From assembly GCA_963422615.1 (NCBI GenBank), contig OY730414.1, positions 1,410,302 through 1,474,301 on the forward strand: 64,000 nt of DNA, written 5' to 3'. The DNA comes from Longimicrobiales bacterium (lineage in GTDB: Bacteria > Gemmatimonadota > Gemmatimonadetes > Longimicrobiales > Gaopeijiaceae). A program made the position numbers and the translations under genes. Shown one piece after another: positions 30,379 through 41,558 of this stretch (positions are counted from its first letter, which is position 1; each line of letters starts with the position of its first letter). Below the pieces are notes generated by a model, which was not told where the DNA came from, did not search any database, and was given only the letters and a program-made list of their open reading frames with translations.

Positions 30379-32234
30379 GCAGAGAAGGGGGCCCCGCCTC
30401 CCGAATCCGAGTCCTCCCGGATCATGTTGCCAACCAGATCGCCGCCGGGGAGGTCGTGGAGCGTCCGGCGTCGGTGGTGAAGGAGCTGATGGAGAACGCC
30501 CTTGACGCCCAGGCCGGGATGATCCAGGTGTCGATCTGGCAAGGGGGGAAGACCCGAATCCGGGTAGCGGACGACGGTTGGGGCATGGCAAGAGCCGATG
30601 TGCTGGCGTGCCTGGACCGCCATGCTACGAGCAAGATCCGGCGCGCGGAAGACCTCCGGGACATCCGCACCCTGGGCTTCCGGGGTGAGGCCCTTTCTTC
30701 AATTGCTGCCGTGTCCCGTTTGGTCATCGATACGGCGGCAAGGGGAGAAGAGACCGGAACCCGGCTCAGGGTCCTAGGGGGGCGCATCCAGGAAGTTGAG
30801 AACGTGGCCCGCCAGCCCGGCACGACCGTAGACGTGAAGAACCTCTTCTTGAACACCCCGGTGAGAGCCCGTTTTCTTCGCAGCGGGAGTGTGGAGACCC
30901 GGTCCGTCTCGGAAGTGCTGCACACCCTGGCCCTGGCCAACCGGCGCACGCGTTTCGTCTTCGATGTCAACGGGAGCTGCGTACTGGAGCTGGCGGCGGA
31001 CCGGAGCCTCCCCGCACGCATCGGTGAGATTTGGAAGGGTGCGGGGGCGTCAGGGCTCATCCCCGTTTGTGCGCACCAGGGGGACCTTCGCCTGGTGGGC
31101 GCGGTCCAGCGGCCGGATCAGGCGCGCCCGGGTTTCCGCCGGGCCCACCTCTTCGTCAACGGACGGCCCTTTCGGGACAGGGGCATTCTCGCAGCGGGCG
31201 ACAGGGGCTACCGAACCACCCTCCCCGAAGGGACCCGGGCTTGGCTTTTTCTCTTCCTGTCCGTCCTTCCGGACGCAGTGGACGTCAATGTTCATCCCAG
31301 CAAGACCAAAGTGAATTTTCGGGGCCGCAGGGAGATCGAGGAGTTCGTGGAAGCGTCGGTCCGCCAGACCCTGGAAGGGATTGACGCAGCCGCGGTTATG
31401 GGTCAGCCACCTTCCATGGGGGTCGTTCGGGAGCACGCGGTCGGGGGTCCCCCGGGCGGAAATCAGGACCGGGAGGAGGGCGCCCCCGAGGATCCACGGG
31501 AAGATGAGAGCCAGATACAACTCTTTGGCCTGGAGGGCGGCCATCCCAACAACGACCACCCCAATTCAAGTCACGGCGCCTACTCGGTTGCCGAAACGAT
31601 GGCCCGGTCGGGAAATCATGGCGGTGCGAGGTCCGAAGAGATTTTTTTGCCCAGAGCCGCCAGGCCGACCCTCCTTCAAATCCACAACAGCTTCATTCTG
31701 GCGGAGACCCGGGACGGGATGGTCATCGTAGACCAGCATGCCGCCCACGAACGGGTCCTCTATGAGCGGATACTCGCGCGGTTCGAAAGCGGGGAGAGTG
31801 GGGGACAGCGCCTGCTCTTCCCCTTTACCATCCGACTCACCCGGCAGGAACTGGATGTCGTCCAGTCGGTACCGGACCTCCTGGCCCGGATCGGCTTCCA
31901 GGTGGAGCCGTTCGGCACCGACGCGCTTCTGGTCCAGGCGGTGCCCAGCCCCCACCCTCATTTTGACGCGGAGCGTTGCATCCGGGAGGTGATCCAGGAG
32001 CTGGCGCACGGCTCGGACCTTATGCGGACGGCGCGAAACCAGAATGAGCGGGTGGCCATGAGTTTTGCCTGTAAGGGCGCCATCAAGGCGGGACAGAAGC
32101 TGACTGCCGATGAAATGCAGGAACTCTTCGACCAGCTGTTCGCCACCCAGCTCCCGTACCACGATATTCATGGCCGTCCCACCGTCGTTCGCCTCGGGCT
32201 GGGCGAACTCCGGCGAAAGTTTGGACGTACGTGA
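30375..32234 (+). CDS. mutL: DNA mismatch repair endonuclease MutL
   Basis: NQIAAGEVVERP, GFRGEAL, DQHAAHER, ACKGAIK, HGRP. Confidence 0.97.
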   Translation: MSREGGPASRIRVLPDHVANQIAAGEVVERPASVVKELMENALDAQAGMIQVSIWQGGKTRIRVADDGWGMARADVLACLDRHATSKIRRAEDLRDIRTLGFRGEALSSIAAVSRLVIDTAARGEETGTRLRVLGGRIQEVENVARQPGTTVDVKNLFLNTPVRARFLRSGSVETRSVSEVLHTLALANRRTRFVFDVNGSCVLELAADRSLPARIGEIWKGAGASGLIPVCAHQGDLRLVGAVQRPDQARPGFRRAHLFVNGRPFRDRGILAAGDRGYRTTLPEGTRAWLFLFLSVLPDAVDVNVHPSKTKVNFRGRREIEEFVEASVRQTLEGIDAAAVMGQPPSMGVVREHAVGGPPGGNQDREEGAPEDPREDESQIQLFGLEGGHPNNDHPNSSHGAYSVAETMARSGNHGGARSEEIFLPRAARPTLLQIHNSFILAETRDGMVIVDQHAAHERVLYERILARFESGESGGQRLLFPFTIRLTRQELDVVQSVPDLLARIGFQVEPFGTDALLVQAVPSPHPHFDAERCIREVIQELAHGSDLMRTARNQNERVAMSFACKGAIKAGQKLTADEMQELFDQLFATQLPYHDIHGRPTVVRLGLGELRRKFGRT

Positions 32235-32235
32235 C

Positions 32236-33183
32236 GTGGCGCCCGGGCCTTTTGCGCCGGACTTCTTGGCCATCGTCGGTCCCACCGGGTCCGGCAAGAC
32301 CCGCCTTTCCCTCCAGGTCGCGCTGGCTTTGGGCGGGGAGGTCATCTCCATGGATTCCCGCCAGGTCTACCGAGGCATGGACGTAGGCACGGCCAAGGCC
32401 ACGCCTTCCGAAAGGGCTTTGGTTCCGCACCATGGCTTGGACATCCTGGACCCCGGGGACCGGTACAGCGCCGGCAGGTTTGGAAGGGACGCTCGAGGCT
32501 GGATCAGGGACATTCAGAAGAGGGGTAGGGTGCCGGTTCTCGCCGGTGGCACCGGGTTCTTCCTTAAGGTTCTGACGGAACCCCTTTTCCAGGAGCCTCC
32601 CCTGAATTCGAGACATCGCCCGGCGCTTGAAGGAGCCTTGGCGGCCCTGCCCGGGTCGGAGCTTGAGCGCTGGGTCCGGGTCTTGGACCCCGGCCGGGCC
32701 CAGGTCGCTGTTGCGGGTGGCCGACAGAGGATGCTCCGGGTCTTGCTGGTGACGCTGCTGACGGGTCGTCCCCTCTCGTGGTGGCACCGGCGCCGTCTCC
32801 CCGACGGGAAGGCCCTCCGAGGAGTGATCTGTCTACTTGACGTCTCCCGGGAGCTCCTCAACGATCGGATCAACCGTCGGGTCGGCGCGATGGTGGCCGG
32901 GGGCTTCGCGGATGAAGTCGCCCGCCTCCTGCAAGCGGGTTTCGGAAGGGGCGATCCCGGGATGAGCGGGGTCGGGTACCGGGAGATGGCGGACTACGTC
33001 GAAGGGCGGATTTCCCTCGAAGGGGCCGTGCAGCGCACCCGGGCGGCAACGCGTCGCTATGCCAAGCGTCAGCTCACCTGGTTTCGTGGCCAACTGGAAC
33101 CGGATGCCGTGACTGTCGACGGCACGGCCTCGGTGCGTCGTCAGTTGGAAGTGGTTGTGGAGGCGTGGCGGGGGGCGGCCTGA
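32236..33183 (+). CDS. miaA: tRNA dimethylallyltransferase
   Basis: GPTGSGKT, DSRQVYRGMDVGTAK, GGTGF, YAKRQLTWF; start GTG 32236 or TTG 32221. Confidence 0.95.
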   Translation: MAPGPFAPDFLAIVGPTGSGKTRLSLQVALALGGEVISMDSRQVYRGMDVGTAKATPSERALVPHHGLDILDPGDRYSAGRFGRDARGWIRDIQKRGRVPVLAGGTGFFLKVLTEPLFQEPPLNSRHRPALEGALAALPGSELERWVRVLDPGRAQVAVAGGRQRMLRVLLVTLLTGRPLSWWHRRRLPDGKALRGVICLLDVSRELLNDRINRRVGAMVAGGFADEVARLLQAGFGRGDPGMSGVGYREMADYVEGRISLEGAVQRTRAATRRYAKRQLTWFRGQLEPDAVTVDGTASVRRQLEVVVEAWRGAA

Positions 33184-33188
33184 AGGCC

Positions 33189-34325
33189 ATGAAAATCGGG
33201 ATCACCTGCTATCCGACGTACGGGGGCTCTGGCGCCGTCGCCGCGGAGTTGGGCATCGGCTTGGCGGAACGCGGCCACGAGATCCACTTCATTTCCTACG
33301 CCCAACCTTTTCGTCTGTCGGGCTTTCGAGAGAGGGTGTACCTCCACGAAGTGGAAATGGACCGTTATCCGCTGTTCGAGCATCCTCCCTACACCCTGGC
33401 CCTTGCTGTCGCCATTCACGACATCGCTCTGCGGGAAGAGCTGGACATCATCCATGTCCACTACGCCATACCCCACGCGACTTCGGCGTGGATCGCCCAG
33501 GAAATGCTGGAAAGGGACGACGCTCCTCCCTTGGTGACGACGCTCCACGGGACCGATGTAACCCTGGTCGGGGCGCAGCCTTCTTTTCACGCGATCACCC
33601 GCTTCTCCATCCTCCGTTCCCAGGGCGTCACCGCCGTGTCCCGTTTCCTGAAGAAGGTGACCGTCAGGGACTTCCGGGTGCCCGCCGAACGGATCCGTGT
33701 GATCCCCAATTTTGTCAATACGGAGCTCTTCCACCGAGACCGTGACCCCTGTCACCGGGAGATTTTTGCCAGGGCCGATCAGAAGGTGGTCATGCACGTT
33801 TCCAATTTCCGGCCTGTCAAGCGGGTTTCCGATGTGCTCGAGGTCTTTGCCGGGATCAGAAAGGCGATGCCGGCTAGGCTGATCATGGCGGGCGACGGTC
33901 CGGACCGGCCCCGGGCCGCCAGTCGGGCCCGTTCCCTGGGGCTGGACCAAGATGTGGTGTTTCTGGGAAAACATGCCTCCGTGAACGAACTGTTGGCGTG
34001 CGCCGACCTCTTCCTCATGACGAGCGAGAGCGAGTCTTTCGGGCTGGCGGCGCTGGAGGCCATGGCCTGTGGGGCACCCGTCGTCGGGTACCGGGCAGGG
34101 GGGTTGCCCGAGGTGGTTCCCCACGGGGAGGCCGGCTTTCTCGTTCCCGTTGGGGAGCTGGATGAGGCGGTTGAGGGGGCGATCGGACTTCTTGCCGACC
34201 GATCCCTCTGGAGGCGCTTCAGCGACTTCGGACGCAGCGTGGCCGTGGAACGCTTTGCCACCGAACGAGTTCTCCCCATGTACGAGGCCTACTACGAAAC
34301 GATGCGGGACGGATCAAGCCCGTGA
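33189..34325 (+). CDS. bshA: N-acetyl-alpha-D-glucosaminyl L-malate synthase
   Basis: MKIGITCYPTYGGSG, HVHYAIPHA, TTLHGTD, HVSNFRPVKR, ESFGLAALEAMA. Confidence 0.93.
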   Translation: MKIGITCYPTYGGSGAVAAELGIGLAERGHEIHFISYAQPFRLSGFRERVYLHEVEMDRYPLFEHPPYTLALAVAIHDIALREELDIIHVHYAIPHATSAWIAQEMLERDDAPPLVTTLHGTDVTLVGAQPSFHAITRFSILRSQGVTAVSRFLKKVTVRDFRVPAERIRVIPNFVNTELFHRDRDPCHREIFARADQKVVMHVSNFRPVKRVSDVLEVFAGIRKAMPARLIMAGDGPDRPRAASRARSLGLDQDVVFLGKHASVNELLACADLFLMTSESESFGLAALEAMACGAPVVGYRAGGLPEVVPHGEAGFLVPVGELDEAVEGAIGLLADRSLWRRFSDFGRSVAVERFATERVLPMYEAYYETMRDGSSP

Positions 34326-34404
34326 TCCTGCGCCCGTCCGGACGCGGGCTCCGCCGGGCCTGGCTCCCCGGGAGATGGTACTGTCCAAGGAGTTCGCCTT
34401 TGCC

Positions 34405-35187
34405 ATGACATGGTATGAAGCCGTCTTCCTGGGCTTTCTCCAGGGCGCCACCGAGTTTCTCCCGGTTTCCAGCTCGGGCCACTTGGTCATGGGGCAAGCG
34501 GTCCTCGGGGTTGAGCTTCCGGGCGCGGGTTTCGAGGTTGCTCTCCATTTCGCGACCCTGTTCTCGGTTTTTTTTGTCTACCGAAGGCGGATACGGGCGC
34601 TGCTCGCAGGAGTCCCGCGCCGGGATCCGGAGCAGCTTCGCTACGGGGGCTTGCTCATCCTGGCGTCCATTCCGGCCGCCATCGCAGGCATCGGCTTCGC
34701 CACCTTTTTCGAATCTCTCTTCGAGATCCCGCAGGTGACGGCCGTTGCCCTCATGGTTACGGGCTTCATCCTCTTGACGGCCCGGGGGGCCCTGGACCGG
34801 GAACCTTCGGACCGCCCCGGCGTCCTGGTCGCCCTGATCATGGGGCTGGCTCAGGCCCTGGCCATCGTCCCGGGGATCTCCAGGTCGGGAACCACCGTCG
34901 TCGTGGCCCTCTGGAGGGGCGTCGGACCGGCAGAAGCGGCCGCGTTTTCCTTCCTGATGTCGATTCCGGCGGTGGGTGGCGCCGCCCTCCTCAAGCTGCC
35001 CGAAGCGGTTTCGGCGGGGTCGTTTCCGCCTCTGGAGGTTCTGGGTGCCGGAGCCGCAGTGGCCTGCGTGACCGGCGTTTTCGCAATCCGCGCCTTCCAG
35101 GCCATGCTCGATAGCCGATCCTTTCACCGCTTTGCTCCCTACCTGTGGGCTGCGGGTCTGCTCTTCCTCTGGACGGTGCAGGGATGA
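34405..35187 (+). CDS. uppP: undecaprenyl-diphosphate phosphatase
   Basis: QGATEFLPVSSSGH, PGISRSG, FSFLMSIP; AAGGAG upstream. Confidence 0.93.
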   Translation: MTWYEAVFLGFLQGATEFLPVSSSGHLVMGQAVLGVELPGAGFEVALHFATLFSVFFVYRRRIRALLAGVPRRDPEQLRYGGLLILASIPAAIAGIGFATFFESLFEIPQVTAVALMVTGFILLTARGALDREPSDRPGVLVALIMGLAQALAIVPGISRSGTTVVVALWRGVGPAEAAAFSFLMSIPAVGGAALLKLPEAVSAGSFPPLEVLGAGAAVACVTGVFAIRAFQAMLDSRSFHRFAPYLWAAGLLFLWTVQG

Positions 35188-36086
35188 CCGGGCTCCTGGA
35201 GACGTGGGAAGGCCGGGGCCCCGAAAAATGGGCCCGGCGGCTGGGTGTGGCCACGACGGAGTTCCACGCCCGGATCGGATCCACGAACGATCGAGCGGCA
35301 GCCCTGGTCCGGGAGGGATGTTCCGTTCCAGCCCTGGTCGTTGCGGACCGGCAGACCGCCGGAAGGGGCCGGAGGGGACGCCGCTGGAGCTCCGACACCC
35401 CCCTGGGGTTGTGGTTCACTTTCGTGGGAGGCCCCGGTGAGGTTGTGGGCGCCGGCGCGTCCGTTTTTCCGCTGCGAGTCGGCTTGGCGGTGGCCAAGGG
35501 TTTGGAATCTGCGGGGGGCGACCCGGTGGATTCCGTCCCCGGTCGAAGTACCTCCCCCCCGAGCCCGGAGCGCCGGTTACCTGCGCTACGGGTCCAGGTC
35601 AAGTGGCCCAACGACCTCTTCGTAAATGGCCGAAAAATCGGCGGCGTGCTGTGCGAGCAGGTGCGGGGCCATGTGCTCGTAGGAGTCGGCCTGAATCTGA
35701 ACCAATCCGGAAGCGAGCTTCCCTCGGGCCTGAAGGTTATGCCCACCTCCCTGTTGATCGAGACGGGCCGCCGCACCCCTAGGGGTCGGGTTCTGGGCGC
35801 CGTCAGGGACGCGCTGGAAGCCGTCCGCAAACCGTCGACCTCTCCGGTGAACCTCGGGGAGGGGATTCCTCCAGACGAGCTGGAGGAGCTGAACGCTCGC
35901 TCCCCGCTTCGCGGGCGCAGGTTGTCCGCAGAAGGCGTGGTTCGCTACCCTTCGGGTCGCCTGCGCGCGGTGAAGGCCTTTTCGGTCCTGATCGGGGACC
36001 TCCTTCAGGACGGCTCCCTGGAAGTCCGAAACGGCCTGGGCCCGCGGCTGCGGTTGATCGCCGGGTCCATCGGACGGAGGGGGTGA
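35184..36086 (+). CDS. birA: biotin--[acetyl-CoA-carboxylase] ligase (no HTH)
   Basis: GSTND, QTAGRGRRGRRW, KWPND, KIGGVL, GVGLN; ATGA overlap with uppP. Confidence 0.9.
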   Translation: MTGLLETWEGRGPEKWARRLGVATTEFHARIGSTNDRAAALVREGCSVPALVVADRQTAGRGRRGRRWSSDTPLGLWFTFVGGPGEVVGAGASVFPLRVGLAVAKGLESAGGDPVDSVPGRSTSPPSPERRLPALRVQVKWPNDLFVNGRKIGGVLCEQVRGHVLVGVGLNLNQSGSELPSGLKVMPTSLLIETGRRTPRGRVLGAVRDALEAVRKPSTSPVNLGEGIPPDELEELNARSPLRGRRLSAEGVVRYPSGRLRAVKAFSVLIGDLLQDGSLEVRNGLGPRLRLIAGSIGRRG

Positions 36087-36087
36087 G

Positions 36088-36870
36088 GTGCCCTACCAAC
36101 TGGTCGCCGATATTGGGAACACGGAAACCGTTTTCGGCCTCTTGAGCCTCTCCGGCGACGAAGTCGTGGACCATTGGCGGGTCAGCACGACCGTGCCCCG
36201 AACCGTAGAAGAGCTGGGTGTCCTCATGTCGGCGCTTCTCAAGTCAAGAATGGGAAGGGCGGCTTCCATCCACCGGGGGGTCATCGGTTCCGTCGTCCCC
36301 TCGGCCACCCGGACCGTTCGGTTGGCCATGGCGTCCCTCGTTGACGGTCCGGTTCTCGTCGTGAGCGCCGAATCCGAACTCCCCATTCGATTGGATGTGG
36401 AGGAACCCCTTACGGTGGGGGCGGATCGGATCGTGAATACCTTGGCTGCAAAGGTACGTTTTGGCAGGGACACGATCGCCGTCGACTTGGGAACGGCCAC
36501 GACTTTCGACTGCATTACCGCTGACGGGGACTTCCAGGGCGGGGTCATCGCGCCGGGACTGGGGGCCGGATTGGAGTGGCTCACGAAGAACACGGCCAAG
36601 TTGCCCGCGGTGGAACTCATGCCCCCTGATGCGGTGGTAGGACGCCGTACGGAGACTTGCATTCAGAGCGGCGTGTTCTATTCGGCGGTGGACGCCGTGG
36701 ACGGGATCGTCTCCAGGATCAGGGCGGGTTGGGGCCCGGCTGAACCGCTGGTCGTGGCCACCGGTGGCTTCGCGTCGGTGATCGCAGCCCACACCCGTTC
36801 GGTGGACAGGATCGAGCCCTTCCTCACCCTGGAGGGCCTGGGGATCGCCGGGGCGTACCTGGACCGCTGA
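36088..36870 (+). CDS. coaX: type III pantothenate kinase
   Basis: DIGNT, GADR, VDLGTATTFD, GGVIAPG, ATGG. Confidence 0.95.
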   Translation: MPYQLVADIGNTETVFGLLSLSGDEVVDHWRVSTTVPRTVEELGVLMSALLKSRMGRAASIHRGVIGSVVPSATRTVRLAMASLVDGPVLVVSAESELPIRLDVEEPLTVGADRIVNTLAAKVRFGRDTIAVDLGTATTFDCITADGDFQGGVIAPGLGAGLEWLTKNTAKLPAVELMPPDAVVGRRTETCIQSGVFYSAVDAVDGIVSRIRAGWGPAEPLVVATGGFASVIAAHTRSVDRIEPFLTLEGLGIAGAYLDR

Positions 36871-36941
36871 CTCCTCACCCTTGAAGGACTGGCTGTCCGC
36901 CAGGGGGTGGGCGCCTGTGTGGCCCCCCACGGGATGGGGGG

Positions 36942-36969
36942 TTGACATCCAGCTCCTTCGGTCTAGACT
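36942..36969 (+). promoter_or_regulatory. sigma70-type promoter of groESL
   Basis: TTGACA (36942) - 16 nt - TAGACT (36964), just upstream of CIRCE. Confidence 0.7.
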
Positions 36970-36981
36970 GAAAGCGCGTTG

Positions 36982-37008
36982 TTAGCACTCAATCTTACAG
37001 AGTGCCAA
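36982..37008 (+). promoter_or_regulatory. CIRCE element (HrcA operator)
   Basis: TTAGCACTC-N9-GAGTGCCAA, one mismatch to consensus, upstream of groES. Confidence 0.93.
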
Positions 37009-37074
37009 CAACCGGTGCGGGCAACGTGCCCACGAAAATCAGTCATCCGTAAATCCTTCAAGGAGGAAGTACAC

Positions 37075-37377
37075 ATGTCTGCCGCAGAAAAGATCCGACC
37101 CTTGGCGGATCGCGTGGTGGTGAGGGCCCTCGAGGAAGCCGAACAGATGCGAGGTGGCCTTTACATCCCCGACACGGCCAAGGAAAAACCCCAGGAAGGT
37201 GAAATTGTCGCCGTAGGCCCCGGCAAGCTGTCCGACGATGGCAACCGAATCCCCATCGAAGTCGTCGCTGGAAACAGGGTGCTGTACGGAAAGTACAGCG
37301 GCACGGAAGTCACGGTTGACGGAGATCAGTACCTGATTCTCCGCGAATCGGACATTCTGGCCATCGTCAACGACTAA
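37075..37377 (+). CDS. groES: co-chaperonin GroES
   Basis: [38 protein letters not shown]. Confidence 0.98.
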   Translation: MSAAEKIRPLADRVVVRALEEAEQMRGGLYIPDTAKEKPQEGEIVAVGPGKLSDDGNRIPIEVVAGNRVLYGKYSGTEVTVDGDQYLILRESDILAIVND

Positions 37378-37446
37378 AGGAACCGACCGGAGACGCGCCC
37401 TTGGCGCTACCGGTGGACTACGACGCACTAAGGAGATCAAAAACAC

Positions 37447-39084
<1,638 letters not shown>

Positions 39085-39140
39085 CCCATCGCCGAAACCC
39101 CTCCTGGTAAAAGAGGAGGCGGGGACGGATTGGGTCGGAG

Positions 39141-39175
39141 AAGGGGTCCGGGCGCAGAGCGTCCGGGCCCCTTTG
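39141..39175 (+). terminator. probable groESL terminator hairpin
   Basis: AAGGGGTCCGGGCGC/GCGTCCGGGCCCCTT stem, short T-run. Confidence 0.55.
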
Positions 39176-39197
39176 ACTTCGAGGGTAGGAGACGAGA

Positions 39198-39225
39198 CCA
39201 AGGGAGCGCCAAGGGAGCGCCAAGG
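39198..39225. repeat. 11-bp tandem repeat
   Basis: CCAAGGGAGCG x2 plus CCAAGG. Confidence 0.75.
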
Positions 39226-39354
39226 TCGCGTCCAATCGAAGCGCAGCCGCGCCCGACAAATGGGCTTGGCATCAAGGTTGGGAGAGCTGTAGCCTTCGAT
39301 CTGAGATCTGGAATCTCGTAGATGGGATTGATTTTTCGTAACCTTGATAAGGCC

Positions 39355-39873
39355 ATGAGTACCGACCGCGACCAGGTGTTGGCCCGGTGGATGAGAGACC
39401 ACTGGGATCGGCTCGTCGTGGCTGCGGAGACGTATCGGGGGCGGGCAGTCACCGGGGAAGACATTGCGCTTGAAGCCATTTTGGTCGCCCTGGACAAGCG
39501 TGGCCGGATAGAGGACCCGAGGGTCACTGGACGTTGGCTGGAAGGCTTTGTTCGGAATGTTGGACGCAAAGCCGTAACCAAGCGGATGCGGCGGCAGCTG
39601 CTCATGCGGAGACACTACCGTCTTCTGGTCTCGGGGAATATCGAATCTCCCGAAACTCTTCTTGAAAGGAAGATTGCAGACGAAAAACTGGAAGAAGCGA
39701 TCTCCACACTCCCGGAACACCAGCAGATCGTCGTTCACCTCAAGCTTGACGGGTTGTCGTATAGGGAAATCGGCGAAAAACTCGGAAAGCCGGTGGGAAC
39801 CGTAAAATCTGACCGATCCCGTGCAGTGCGCGCTCTTCGGGATACGCTGGCCCAAGGTATGACTAGGTCTTGA
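39355..39873 (+). CDS. ECF-type sigma-70 factor
   Basis: sigma2-like GEDIALE..RWL..VRN; sigma4 LPEHQQ..GLSYREIGEKLGKPVGTVKS..SRA; start 39322 or 39355. Confidence 0.82.
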   Translation: MSTDRDQVLARWMRDHWDRLVVAAETYRGRAVTGEDIALEAILVALDKRGRIEDPRVTGRWLEGFVRNVGRKAVTKRMRRQLLMRRHYRLLVSGNIESPETLLERKIADEKLEEAISTLPEHQQIVVHLKLDGLSYREIGEKLGKPVGTVKSDRSRAVRALRDTLAQGMTRS

Positions 39874-40114
39874 CGGGAACGTTGTCCTGCGCTTGAGCTC
39901 CCTTGGTTCCCGACTTCCGCCAAAGCTGGCCTTTGACGGATTGCGTCGGCCTGGAGGGGATGTGCGGGGGAAGATCATCCGATTGCAACTCCCGAAAACC
40001 TGGAGAAGCTGGAGGCGGCCTACCGGGAAGAGGCTTTCGTTCACTCCCCTTCCGGTTCACTTTCCCGGTCCCGCATCCCCCCGATTCCCCTATCAACCCG
40101 CGAAGGACCGTTCC

Positions 40115-40993
40115 GTGAAGACCTTCTATTCCGTCATTCCAGCTTTCCTCACCGCCGCCTCTCTGGCCGCACCCGTCCACACCCAGCAGGTGGGACCCGC
40201 CAACGGCAGCCTCGTCGTTGCCGGCGGCGCCCTGCGGGACCCTGCCGTCTTCCAGCGCTTCGTCCAGCTGGCGGGGGGACCTTGGGCGCCCTTGGTCGTC
40301 ATTCCCACGGCGGGTGGAGCGGAAGAATACGACCCGTACTTTTCCGGTCGGCTGCCTTTGGAAGCCGCGGGCGCCAGGGACATTACCATCCTTCACACCT
40401 ATGACCCGGCCGTCGCAGACACCGACGCCTTCGTTCATCCCCTGCGGGAGGCCCGGGGGGTGTGGTTTACCGGCGGTCGCCAGTGGCGATTGGCCGACGC
40501 TTACCTGAACACCAAAGTTCACCATGCCCTCTGGGACGTTCTGGAACGGGGCGGGGTCATCGGCGGTTCGTCGGCGGGGGCGTCCATTCAGGGCTCCTAC
40601 TTGGTGAGGGGTGACACGCGTACCAACACGATCATGATGGGGGACCACGAAGTGGGCCTGGGCTTCCTCAAGGGAGTGGCCATCGACCAGCACCTGCTCC
40701 GGCGGAACCGGCACTTCGACCTGGTCGAAGTAATCCGGGCCAAGCCGGAGTTGCTAGGGATCGGTCTGGACGAGAACACGGCCATCGTGGTGCGGGGCGA
40801 CCGATTCGAGGTCGTGGGACAAAGCTACGCCGTCATCTACGACAGCGGGGCCACCCTGGACACGGGCGGCCTCTTCTACTTCTTGGCCCCTGGGGACCGC
40901 TATGACATGGCGGCCCGGAAGGCATTCCGGCCCAGCCGGGGTGAAGAACCCTTGGGCCGGATTACGGGCACGCCGTGGCCCTCGGGTCGGTGA
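40115..40993 (+). CDS. cyanophycinase-like peptidase S51 with signal peptide
   Basis: LVVAGG, IPTA, FTGGRQ, GSSAGA (catalytic Ser), IDQH, GIGLDENTA. Confidence 0.88.
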   Translation: MKTFYSVIPAFLTAASLAAPVHTQQVGPANGSLVVAGGALRDPAVFQRFVQLAGGPWAPLVVIPTAGGAEEYDPYFSGRLPLEAAGARDITILHTYDPAVADTDAFVHPLREARGVWFTGGRQWRLADAYLNTKVHHALWDVLERGGVIGGSSAGASIQGSYLVRGDTRTNTIMMGDHEVGLGFLKGVAIDQHLLRRNRHFDLVEVIRAKPELLGIGLDENTAIVVRGDRFEVVGQSYAVIYDSGATLDTGGLFYFLAPGDRYDMAARKAFRPSRGEEPLGRITGTPWPSGR

Positions 40994-41191
40994 AGGCGGA
41001 CAGGGTGGTCGTACCGGGAAGACCGAGTGGCGGATGGTTTCCGCTCTGGGTCTGCCTTGCAACCTATCCGCATCTCGTGGGGAGTAATAAGATATAAGGG
41101 CGAAGAAATTACACCTAAACGTCGTTACCGTGAGTTCAATCTGGGGAGGATGAGCCTCCCTGAGCACCTACTCCATAACGGAGTTGACAAA

Positions 41192-41416
41192 ATGAACCGT
41201 AGCACCCTACTTCGCTTTCTGTTCTTCACGGCGGCCATAGTTTTGGCCGTCCTCCCGCTCTCGATGGACTTTGAGCACTCCAAGATCACCGTGGCCGAGG
41301 CCACCTGCCAGGACTGCAGGCCTGCTCCAGAAAGGTGGGCATGCATGGGCGTTGAGAAAAGTTGCAACCTCAAATACGAAATCTGTGAAAACCTTCCGTT
41401 TCCAGATCCGAGTTGA
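41192..41416 (+). CDS. small secreted Cys-rich peptide (74 aa)
   Basis: GGAG upstream of ATG; basic then hydrophobic N-terminus; five Cys in C-terminal half. Confidence 0.65.
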   Translation: MNRSTLLRFLFFTAAIVLAVLPLSMDFEHSKITVAEATCQDCRPAPERWACMGVEKSCNLKYEICENLPFPDPS

Positions 41417-41440
41417 GATACCCAGGCGCAGATTGAGATA

Positions 41441-41525
41441 CAGGGGGTCAAAACTGGAGCGGTAAGACCCCCTGACGCGAAGGCTTTCCTGCACGTCTGA
41501 TGCGAATTAGGGCGTGCAGGAAAGC
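41441..41525. other. two tandem perfect hairpins between peptide and propeller genes
   Basis: CAGGGGGTC/GACCCCCTG (41441-41474); GCTTTCCTGCACG/CGTGCAGGAAAGC (41483-41525). Confidence 0.7.
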
Positions 41526-41558
41526 GGTGTTTGACTCAACAACCATAAGGCCAATCAA

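Noticed and set aside
41414..41416. Sec read-through of the Cys-rich peptide TGA
   Set aside because: Not in a redox motif, downstream frame short and featureless, hairpin has a large loop unlike SECIS.
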